Source: a virus. Taken from it: a stretch of DNA of 64,000 nucleotides. Positions 36,173 to 43,941 of the stretch are shown one piece after another. Position 1 is the stretch's first letter. Each line of letters starts with the position of its first letter. Location of the stretch: the IMG/VR virus record IMGVR_UViG_3300018875_000001, one strand, 5' to 3'. Under the pieces are notes generated by a model, which saw only the letters and a program-made list of their open reading frames with translations, was not told the origin of the DNA and searched no databases. The translations under genes were made by a program, and so were the position numbers.

Positions 36173-36193
36173 TGTAATGCATTACAAATTATA
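36173..36193 (-). promoter_or_regulatory. TATAAT (-10), 1 nt, then the perfect palindrome TGTAATGCATTACA
   Basis: Minus strand reads GATATAATT-TGTAATGCATTACA-ATAAGGAGAG. -10 at 36188-36193, palindrome at 36173-36186. Confidence 0.55.
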
Positions 36194-36212
36194 TCATAAA
36201 AGTTAGGGAAAA

Positions 36213-36240
36213 GCAAAAAAGTTGAGGAAAATCCTCAACT
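36213..36240 (-). terminator. Rho-independent terminator (minus strand)
   Basis: GTTGAGGA-ttt-TCCTCAAC followed by TTTTTT on the minus strand. The upstream gene's stop codon lies in the 5' arm. Confidence 0.7.
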
Positions 36241-36777
36241 TTTCATTCCCTTGATTCGCATTTGAATATCTTCTCGCAATGCTTGCTGTGACTCATATCC
36301 AATCGGGTTAATGCCCAAGTCATAGTATATAACATCTAACACGATTTCAATTAACTGAGACTTGGTAATGGCACAGCCTCCATTAAACTGATTGTTCGAG
36401 GAAAAGGTTCGCAACCACTCGAAGAGTTCCTTGTTGTAGCAATTAAAATTGGTCGCAACAGGTTTCACTCCATATGATGTCACGGACACATCATCACGAG
36501 CGATTTGAAGGACTCCTGTTGGCAAGGAAGAATCCTTTTGAACTGCTACCATTGTATGTCGCACTTCTTTAACGGATTTTGCAACAGGTGTTTTTGGTTT
36601 TTCTGCCGTCATAACAGGTTCCACTGGTACATCTTCTACTATCATTTCCTCTTTTCTTGGCTCCTCTTCGATTTCTGGAATCGAAAATTTGACTTTCGCA
36701 CTTGGTTGCACAAATGGTGCTGAAGATGGACCTGAATTAGCATGAACTTGCTTCATCAACGCTTTAATTTTGTTCAT
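36235..36777 (-). CDS. hypothetical protein
   Basis: ATG 36777 after CAGGGGGTACCATT. No motif recognised. Confidence 0.5.
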   Translation of the reverse strand: MNKIKALMKQVHANSGPSSAPFVQPSAKVKFSIPEIEEEPRKEEMIVEDVPVEPVMTAEKPKTPVAKSVKEVRHTMVAVQKDSSLPTGVLQIARDDVSVTSYGVKPVATNFNCYNKELFEWLRTFSSNNQFNGGCAITKSQLIEIVLDVIYYDLGINPIGYESQQALREDIQMRIKGMKS

Positions 36778-36869
36778 AATGGTACCCCCTGCACATATTT
36801 CCATAGGTTTAGTATATCGCAGGAAATAATGAGGGGGCAATTATTTATTATTTATTTTTTATGTTTTTA

Positions 36870-37616
36870 TTAACGTGGTGCAGGAGCACCAGGAACAGGA
36901 ATGTTCACGGAACCATTTTGTTGCACTTGTTGTTGATACGCACTTTGGCCTCCTACAGCTTGTAATGCATTTAGAAGCTTTTCTAATTCATCTACAGAAA
37001 GCTCATGAAGATGATTGAAATGTTTTACCGTTTGTGAAATCACTTGTGATAAATATTGCGGATTATGGCCTTGAGCCATGAGTTGCCCATACATAGCGTT
37101 AATTTGATTTTCAAGACGAACTCGGTCTTGTTGTACTTGTTGCATATGTTGCACCTTCTTCATTTCTTCCTGAGAAGCCGATCCGGAATGATATCCCATG
37201 TTGTCTAATGCACGACCTACTGCCGATTCTTCTGCATTCTCGACCCAAGCATTTTTATCGGCTCCTTTACCGCCGGCCATCGATAACGAATAACCTGCTC
37301 CATCGGCTTTGGCTAAGACCGCTAAAGAAGCCAACGCAAGACCTGCATTTTGTGGAGTCACTGTATTAGCAATATTCGCAATCTTTTCATGAATACTTGA
37401 GTCTAATTCATCAAATGTCTTTTTGTCTTTCCAAATCAATGCTCCCATTACAATATAATTGGCAGCATAGTTCAAATCAGACATAGGAAACGGTAAAATA
37501 TGTGCATTTGGATGATCATTACGAAGACGCACTTTTCGAGATTTCACTGTTTCGTAGTTGTTTAAATCAAAGTTATTATAGTTTCCGTTATTGTAATTCC
37601 CTTTATTGTAAGACAT
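36870..37616 (-). CDS. candidate Rad52/Sak-like single-strand annealing protein (tentative)
   Basis: N-terminal NGNYNN low-complexity run. YETVKSRKVRLRNDHP... and ...GKGADKNAWVENAEESAVGRALDNMGY resemble the Rad52-type block (K.AETDA.KRAL..FG). Q-rich C-terminal tail. Confidence 0.35.
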   Translation of the reverse strand: MSYNKGNYNNGNYNNFDLNNYETVKSRKVRLRNDHPNAHILPFPMSDLNYAANYIVMGALIWKDKKTFDELDSSIHEKIANIANTVTPQNAGLALASLAVLAKADGAGYSLSMAGGKGADKNAWVENAEESAVGRALDNMGYHSGSASQEEMKKVQHMQQVQQDRVRLENQINAMYGQLMAQGHNPQYLSQVISQTVKHFNHLHELSVDELEKLLNALQAVGGQSAYQQQVQQNGSVNIPVPGAPAPR

Positions 37617-37654
37617 AACTAATCGTTCCTTTCCCATTATATTGAGATTATTTT

Positions 37655-37849
37655 TTAAGTCAAAATCAATTTGTCACCTGAAATCCCTTTTTGGTGGCAA
37701 GATGGACAACAAAACCAATACTCATCCAATTTCTTGATTTCATGAGCTTCTTCAATCGTAATAGAGCTATTACCATACTGGTAAGAAGTTTCCTTATTCC
37801 AGTTTTCAGAATCCGAAGTGTGTAAACATCGTGGACATTGAATGAGCAT
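37655..37849 (-). CDS. 64-aa zinc-ribbon protein
   Basis: CPRCLH...CCPSCH. SD GAGGTGATCAAGA. Confidence 0.5.
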   Translation of the reverse strand: MLIQCPRCLHTSDSENWNKETSYQYGNSSITIEEAHEIKKLDEYWFCCPSCHQKGISGDKLILT

Positions 37850-37862
37850 TCTTGATCACCTC

Positions 37863-38027
37863 TTATATATCTTGGGTATATCGTTCATGAATGTTAATAG
37901 AGATTCCATGGCGTTCTTCTAATTCGTTCAGAATTTCTTCTAAACGATCAATGGCTTCTTGTTCTTGGATTTTAGATGAATCAAACTCCATATACGCATG
38001 AAGATGTAGTACCGCTTCTTTAGACAT
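37863..38027 (-). CDS. 54-aa acidic protein
   Basis: ATG 38027 after AAGGGGGATACTC. Overlaps the primase stop. Confidence 0.4.
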   Translation of the reverse strand: MSKEAVLHLHAYMEFDSSKIQEQEAIDRLEEILNELEERHGISINIHERYTQDI

Positions 38028-39393
38028 GAGTATCCCCCTTTTGTTTGTAATAGGCTACTTTATCTCTTAGAGATTCGTAAGACATTACAAAAAGCTCTGC
38101 ATATTGTCTTGTTAAGATATCCAGTTGAATCGGATCTTGTTCTTCAGCCAATAATTTAACGACTCTTTCTATGCGATCTCCTTGAATTTCTCCAATACGG
38201 GCATAATGATATAGGATTTCATCTTGCTGTTCTCGGTAAACTTTTTCTACTCGCCATTGAGTTAATGTGCGAGTTCTCTTTTGAATGCATTTGGAAAGAG
38301 CATCGTCTAATAAGCCATATGTGCGACAAAGTGTGTCTGGATCATGTCCATCAGGAAGCGGGCATACTTGAACAGATAATCCATGTTTCATTAAAATTAG
38401 GGCATCTTTTTCCATAGCCCGTAATCCAGCATCATCTCCATCTCTCATAAGTAATACATGCATAGCTCCAGCTCGTTTTAAAAGTTGCACATGCTGTTCA
38501 CTTAAATTGATTCCCATGGTAGAAACGGCATTACGAATACCATGTCGATGAAGCTGAATAACATCGGTAAAGCCTTCAACAAGAGTAGCTCTTTTCCATT
38601 GAGAAATGTAGCTTTTGGCTTGGTAGATACCATACAAATAATAATTTCGATCGAACTCGGGATAGGGATGATTTCGAAGATATTCTTTATTGACGTATTT
38701 TTCTGTTAATGGCCATCGATGATCATACTTAGGAGTGATTCGTTTTCCTTCTGCTTTTTGTTTTTCATTTAACTCCGCTAAGGCAGTAGCACCAAACGGC
38801 ACACGTCCCGTAAATGAAATAATATCTCCATAATAGTCATGAATCGGAAACGTGATTTTCCCTTTGGTATTTAAAAATTCTTGGTCTTCTCCATCACCGA
38901 AACCTAATCCCCAAATGTGAATGTCTAAATCTTCAATGCCACGGTTTCGAAGATACTTATAGGCATCCGGGTGTTGAAGCAAATTCTGTTGAAATCGTTG
39001 TTGAGCACGAAGACATTTTTCTACCCACCATTGATGTTGATTTAAACGATATTGCTGCTGTGGGTCAAGAGCGGGAAGGGGTACATTGAGATATTTGGCC
39101 AACCATTCGATAGCTTGACCTAAATTGCAGTTAAAATACCCTTTAATAAAGCCGTACACATCCGAAGATGTAGCACGGCTATGGGTTGCACTTCCCGCAC
39201 CACACCCATTACATGACCACGTATTGGTTTCAGGTTTAATCATCAAACTAGGCCGATCATCATCATGAAATGGACAATGAGCGACATAGTTAATGCCAGA
39301 TGATTTTACCCCACCAATAATGGTATTGATGACTTCATGTACAGGTGCAATCGATTTAAGATACTCCTTAAAGTCATCTGGGTACTTTGGCAC
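38020..39393 (-). CDS. dnaG: DNA primase (DnaG-type: CHC2 zinc finger + TOPRIM)
   Basis: CPFHDDDRPSLMIKPETNTWSCNGCG. TOPRIM LVEGFTDVIQL...LLMRDGDDAGLRA. GTG 39393 after AAGGAGGAGAACACC (the ORF-track start at 39447 lacks an SD). Confidence 0.85.
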   Translation of the reverse strand: MPKYPDDFKEYLKSIAPVHEVINTIIGGVKSSGINYVAHCPFHDDDRPSLMIKPETNTWSCNGCGAGSATHSRATSSDVYGFIKGYFNCNLGQAIEWLAKYLNVPLPALDPQQQYRLNQHQWWVEKCLRAQQRFQQNLLQHPDAYKYLRNRGIEDLDIHIWGLGFGDGEDQEFLNTKGKITFPIHDYYGDIISFTGRVPFGATALAELNEKQKAEGKRITPKYDHRWPLTEKYVNKEYLRNHPYPEFDRNYYLYGIYQAKSYISQWKRATLVEGFTDVIQLHRHGIRNAVSTMGINLSEQHVQLLKRAGAMHVLLMRDGDDAGLRAMEKDALILMKHGLSVQVCPLPDGHDPDTLCRTYGLLDDALSKCIQKRTRTLTQWRVEKVYREQQDEILYHYARIGEIQGDRIERVVKLLAEEQDPIQLDILTRQYAELFVMSYESLRDKVAYYKQKGDTHV

Positions 39394-39428
39394 GGTGTTC
39401 TCCTCCTTATATTCAGTTTTCCCCAAAT

Positions 39429-39441
39429 GCCCCGGAGGGGC
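39429..39441 (-). promoter_or_regulatory. GCCCCTCCGGGGC hairpin element in the primase leader
   Basis: Minus strand reads GGCCCCTCCGGGGCATTTGGGGAAAAC, about 40 nt before GTG 39393. Confidence 0.5.
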
Positions 39442-39475
39442 CATCAAAGCATTCGTGTAATAAAAATCTTTGTGC

Positions 39476-40462
39476 TTACTTTTCTAAATGCAATACATAT
39501 TTCACTAAGTCGCTAATCTCTTTTGAAACCTTTTCACGAAATTCTGTTCGACCCAATGCTAATGCATGGTTAGGACGATTAATATAATCATCAATGGTAT
39601 CAATAATCAATTGATGCATAAACCGAATTCGATTCGGATCCAACTCATATTGTTTGACGGTTTGATTTAGTTGCATACGAGTTTCATCCAATTCTTGCTC
39701 CAAACGCTGAACCTTTTGTTGCATGCGATTTCGATCATCAATTAAATGTTGAATTAATTCTTTATTCTGTACAGTGGATAATTGTTCAGATAAATCTTTA
39801 AGATATACAACTGTTTGATGAATGGTTTCATTCATAACAGATAAAATTTCTCGATCTTCATGTCGCAGCAATTCTTGAGCATCATGAACTTGGTTAGCCT
39901 GTTGCAAGAAACGTTCAATTTTTTCATCTAATGTTAGTTCTTTAACTTGAATTGGTTCTTCAATTTTGTTTTTTGTTAATGAAAATCCTGCATCTATAGA
40001 ATGAATCTCTTTAGAAGAAATATCTTCGTTCTTATTCTCCTCTCTTGTTTCTATTTCTTCTGCCACCGTCTGATTTCCTTTTTCCTCTTTTTTGTCTTTC
40101 TTGATATGTTTTTCCAAAAACTCACGAAATCTTTCTGCACTTTCTGGTGTAAATGTATCATGAAGTTCAATTTTTGGTTTTTCTTTCTTTTCTTTTATGT
40201 TTTCTGTTATATGTTCGTGCGCCTGATGTGGAAGACGATAAATTTTCCGTTTATATCTTCCTCGCTTTGGAGACAGTGAAAGATATCCTTCTTCGACTAA
40301 TTTATTAAGATGATAATCCATTGTTGGTGCTTGTACGCCAAATTGATCTGCTAAATCTGAAGAAGAAATCTCTACTTCTCTTTCTGGGCTTTGTTCAATC
40401 ATTTTGACAATTTCTCTATAAATTTGTTCTCGATTTACCTTTCGAAATGGCATGGCCACCAT
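39476..40462 (-). CDS. winged-helix DNA-binding protein with a long coiled-coil C-terminus
   Basis: ISSSDLADQFGVQAPTMDYHLNKLVEEGYLSL. ATG 40462 after AAAGGAGATGCATATTAC. Confidence 0.55.
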   Translation of the reverse strand: MVAMPFRKVNREQIYREIVKMIEQSPEREVEISSSDLADQFGVQAPTMDYHLNKLVEEGYLSLSPKRGRYKRKIYRLPHQAHEHITENIKEKKEKPKIELHDTFTPESAERFREFLEKHIKKDKKEEKGNQTVAEEIETREENKNEDISSKEIHSIDAGFSLTKNKIEEPIQVKELTLDEKIERFLQQANQVHDAQELLRHEDREILSVMNETIHQTVVYLKDLSEQLSTVQNKELIQHLIDDRNRMQQKVQRLEQELDETRMQLNQTVKQYELDPNRIRFMHQLIIDTIDDYINRPNHALALGRTEFREKVSKEISDLVKYVLHLEK

Positions 40463-40560
40463 GTAATATGCATCTCCTTTTTTCATTAGCTTCTCACATC
40501 TATAATACCATAATATCCAAGAAAAAAATAAAAAATGCAAGAAACTTAATGAATTTTTAT

Positions 40561-41757
40561 TTAAGAAAAAGAAATTACGGTAGATTCTACCACTTCAGAA
40601 GGCAATTCGTCTAAAAATCGAGAAGGTTTATAGATACGAGATTTTCCGTCTTGTTGTGATCTTTGTTCTGCCCATGTGATCAATAATTCTTTTTCTGCAC
40701 GGGTAATACCAACATAAGCCAAACGACGTTCTTCTTCGATATCTTTTTCACTTTGACTTCTCCAAGAAGGAAATATGCCTTCATTCCAACCGATGAGAAA
40801 TACTACTGGGAATTCTAATCCTTTTGAAGCATGCATCGTCATCAAACGAACAGAGTCTGTTTTCTTATTGTTTTCAGAATCTGTCACTAATGAAATGTCT
40901 TGTAAGAAATCTTCTAAGGTTTTATCTGGATTTTCTGTTTCATATTTATCGACAAGAATAAGAAACTCTTTTAGATTGTCAATTTTCTCATCTGCTTTCT
41001 TGTCGTTTTCATAATACGCCCAAAGACCTGATTGTTCTAATACATAACGAACATAAGTGGACATTAGTAAGCCGCTTTCTAATTTCTTTTCAAAGTGATC
41101 GAGCAAATCGATAAATGCTGTAATTTTGCTAAGTGAACGTTTATTGATACTTGGAATGTCACTAGCATTTTTTAAAGCTCGATACACACTGACTTTATGA
41201 ATATGTGCGTATTCTTCAATTTTATCTTGAGAGGTCTTACCAATTCCACGAGATGGCTTATTCAGAATACGCAAAATAGCTGTATCATCTTTTCGATTAA
41301 AAATCGATCTTAGATACGCAATGGCATCTTTAATCTCTTCCCGATCATAAAAACCGTGACCACCAATGACTTGATATGGAATAAATTGATTACGGAAGAA
41401 GTCTTCAATGACTCGAGACTGGGCATTTCCACGATATAAAATGGCAAAATCCTCATATTTGTATCCATCTTGAAGAACCTTCTTTTTAATCATGGCTGCA
41501 ATATAAGCGGCTTCTTGATATTCATTTCCACAACCAATGACTTTAATGGTTTCTCCTGGCTCTCTTGGTGTTCGTAATGTCTTTTCTTTTTGGTGTTTAT
41601 TGTATTTTACTATTTCATTTCCTGCATGAACAATATTGCGAACAGAACGATAATTTTGTTCTAGTTTCACAACAGTAGCTTGTGGAAAATACCGCTCAAA
41701 ATTCAGAATAATATTAATATCAGAACCACGGAAACCATAAATGGCTTGATAATCGTC
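40561..41757 (-). CDS. uvrD: UvrD/PcrA-family SF1 helicase, exon 2
   Basis: Begins DDYQAIYGFRGS (motif III after VVG of exon 1), then ...LEQNYRS..., ...TMHASKGLEFPVVFL..., ...RRLAYVGITRA. Confidence 0.85.
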   Translation of the reverse strand, partial: DDYQAIYGFRGSDINIILNFERYFPQATVVKLEQNYRSVRNIVHAGNEIVKYNKHQKEKTLRTPREPGETIKVIGCGNEYQEAAYIAAMIKKKVLQDGYKYEDFAILYRGNAQSRVIEDFFRNQFIPYQVIGGHGFYDREEIKDAIAYLRSIFNRKDDTAILRILNKPSRGIGKTSQDKIEEYAHIHKVSVYRALKNASDIPSINKRSLSKITAFIDLLDHFEKKLESGLLMSTYVRYVLEQSGLWAYYENDKKADEKIDNLKEFLILVDKYETENPDKTLEDFLQDISLVTDSENNKKTDSVRLMTMHASKGLEFPVVFLIGWNEGIFPSWRSQSEKDIEEERRLAYVGITRAEKELLITWAEQRSQQDGKSRIYKPSRFLDELPSEVVESTVISFS

Positions 41758-42240
41758 CGTAAATCTTGGAATTTCATCGCATATACACTTTGACCATAAT
41801 TACCAACTACATTGTAATAACCATAACAGGCTATTACAGGAAGGAAGTTGATAAATATGGGTTGGTTATCCACCAAACAAGAAGCAATGAAACGCCATTA
41901 CATTGCGGTATGGCGGTAAACAACAGGTAAAGCGCATCTTTGAATACATATACAAGGATGTAACCATTTACCTTCAAAGGAAATACGAGAAATTCTCTCT
42001 GCTATTCTCATAGCAGACGAGACCATATCTTCACTCTCTTTCAAGAGGTCCGGCGCTTCGGTTGTAGGAGTTTCACCTGCACCCTACTCCCTTTCGGGAT
42101 GGTCGTTACACCTTCCTCATATGAGGCTTGGCACGGGATTGTCTCTCGTTACCGAGTCACTTCCCCCGTTAGCAACGTGTCCTTCTCACGTCACACCCTG
42201 CAAGTACAGGTTCACCGGATTTAACGTGAGCTAACAATTA
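41758..42240 (-). mobile_element. Group I intron without an intact ORF, inserted in helicase motif III
   Basis: Splits LFVVG|DDYQAIYGFRG in phase 0. The 5' exon ends in U and the intron ends in G. The minus-strand core reads GAGACAATCCCGTGCCAAGCC...GAAGGTGTAACGACCATCCCG...GGGAGTAGGG...GTGAAGATATGGTCT, nearly as in intron 1982-3294. Confidence 0.8.
41857..42013 (+). pseudogene. Decayed C-terminal remnant of a LAGLIDADG endonuclease gene, antisense to the uvrD intron
   Basis: Plus-strand frames give MGWLSTKQEAMK... and, after a frameshift, ...LRYGGKQQVSASFEYIYKDVTIYLQRKYEKF*. Compare FGYRFGGNGLYAKFVNFLYNNATIYLERKHY (32258-33067) and IYEYCTICLNRKYQRY (2070-3008). Confidence 0.45.
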
Positions 42241-43023
42241 ACCCACGACAAACAAATTGTATTGCGGCGCAGCAAGTAATAATAATAATTGAAATTGTGC
42301 ATAGTTGGCATCTTGATACTCATCACTCATGACATATTGAAATTTTCCTTGCCAATAATCACGAGCTTCCGGATAATCACGAAGCAAAATCACTGTATTC
42401 ATAATGAGATCGCCAAAATCCATTGCGTTCATTTGCTTCATTTGGAATTGATAATGCATATACACTTGTGCCATGACTTGCTCATCAGCTGTTTCAGCTA
42501 CGTGGTATGTACAGTATTCTGGATCCCATAGATTGTTTTTGGCATTATCTATATAGCTGAGTGCATACCCAGGCTTGTATTTGTCTTGAATCCCCATTTG
42601 CTTATAAATACGCTCAATGACTTGCAAAACATCGCCTGTATCATAAATAACAAACTTGCATCGTTTGTTTTTTTCATCTTGCTCATATCCTAATAAATGA
42701 CCGTGTTTGCGTAAAATGCGTACACATAAGCTATGAAATGTACCCATCCAAATGTGCTTCATCGGTTCTTCGCCCACTACTTTTTCTAAACGTTCTTTCA
42801 TTTCCCGAGCAGCTTTATTGGTAAATGTAGCACAAAAGATATTTTTTGCTTGAATTCCTTGCGATAGCATATTAGCAATTCGAACTGTTAAGGTTTTTGT
42901 TTTACCGGACCCGGCTCCCGCTAAAACAAGAACCTGACCATTAATCGTCGTAGCCGCTTCTCGTTGTTCTGGATTAAGTTCATTAAGCATATTTGATACT
43001 TCCCATAAATTTAATGTAGACAT
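42241..43023 (-). CDS. uvrD: UvrD/PcrA-family SF1 helicase, exon 1
   Basis: LNPEQREAA...VLAGAGSGKTKTL (Walker A), FTNKAAREM, MSDEYQDANYAQF (motif II). Ends LFVVG and then a stop. Confidence 0.85.
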
Positions 43024-43043
43024 ATCCGATTTCTCCTCCCTTT

Positions 43044-43277
43044 TTATTGATCTTCTGGTGCTTCTCCATAAGGAATTTCAAGATCTTCAGTAATTTCTGT
43101 AATATTTTCTGGATAAGGGTAATCAGGAGTTTCATACACAGCACTACGAATATTTTCAATGGCTGCTTTAGATACTACATCAAAGGCCTCATCACTATCA
43201 GGCTCTACTCCTTCTGGAAGATCAACCACTACTCGGACCATGGTTTCAAGTGTAACCAACACCGCTTTTTTAGGCAT
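43044..43277 (-). CDS. hypothetical acidic protein
   Basis: ATG 43277 after AAGGGGGGACTCCAA. Confidence 0.45.
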   Translation of the reverse strand: MPKKAVLVTLETMVRVVVDLPEGVEPDSDEAFDVVSKAAIENIRSAVYETPDYPYPENITEITEDLEIPYGEAPEDQ

Positions 43278-43641
43278 TTGGAGTCCCCCCTTTAGATTGA
43301 ATTCCATAATACACAATATCTCTATTGCTCAACTGAACTATCTGCGCTTGATCAATAACCAATAAGATTTGATGAATTTCTTGTATTTCTTCTTCCAAAT
43401 GACGCTTTTTCAAATGATGAAAATCATAATCAGTGAAAAGGCCTTCCCCCGGATGTTGAGGTTTTGATTTAAACAATCTCAATAACCAATTAGTGTTTTG
43501 ATACTGTTTTAATCGGTCTTCATAACGATTTATAATATTTTGGATTTGATTTTCATGATATTCCAATTCTTCTTGTAGCTGACGCATTTTCTTCAATGCA
43601 AAAGGATAGAAATCCTTAGCAGGAATATCCACTTTCATCAT
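43270..43641 (-). CDS. hypothetical protein
   Basis: ATG 43641 after AAAAGGAGGGATT. Confidence 0.45.
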   Translation of the reverse strand: MMKVDIPAKDFYPFALKKMRQLQEELEYHENQIQNIINRYEDRLKQYQNTNWLLRLFKSKPQHPGEGLFTDYDFHHLKKRHLEEEIQEIHQILLVIDQAQIVQLSNRDIVYYGIQSKGGTPNA

Positions 43642-43662
43642 AATCCCTCCTTTTTTGTGCAT

Positions 43663-43695
43663 AAAAAAGCAGACATGAGAAACATGTCTGCTTTT
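43663..43695 (-). terminator. Rho-independent terminator (minus strand)
   Basis: AAGCAGACATG...CATGTCTGCTT stem followed by TTTTTAT on the minus strand. Confidence 0.7.
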
Positions 43696-43707
43696 ATCAG
43701 AGTGATC

Positions 43708-43911
43708 CTATGAATTTACTATTTCATTCATAGCATCTTCAAAACGCTTTTTAAAGCTCTTGATTTCTTGTTCACGAGCTTTCAGGTTTTCTGTTAAATT
43801 GACATGTCGAGCAGCATTGTTCCACTCTCGAACCATAGAAGCAGATTCATATTTCTTTAGAAGCTCATTAAATACTTTTTGCATTTTTGTTATATTAGCC
43901 ATTTTTATCAC
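43708..43911 (-). CDS. hypothetical 67-aa protein
   Basis: SD GGGAGGTGATAAAA. The SD lies in a hairpin (CACCTCC/GGGAGGTG) after the thyX stop. Confidence 0.5.
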   Translation of the reverse strand: MIKMANITKMQKVFNELLKKYESASMVREWNNAARHVNLTENLKAREQEIKSFKKRFEDAMNEIVNS

Positions 43912-43941
43912 CTCCCTTCAAGGAGGTGGTTTATTATCCGA

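Noticed and set aside
41758-42240. A small sense ORF in the uvrD intron (MRIAERISRISFEGKWLHPCICIQRCALPVVYRHTAM).
   Set aside because: It has no SD or family resemblance. The opposite strand carries the recognisable LAGLIDADG remnant, so the sense ORF is likely fortuitous.
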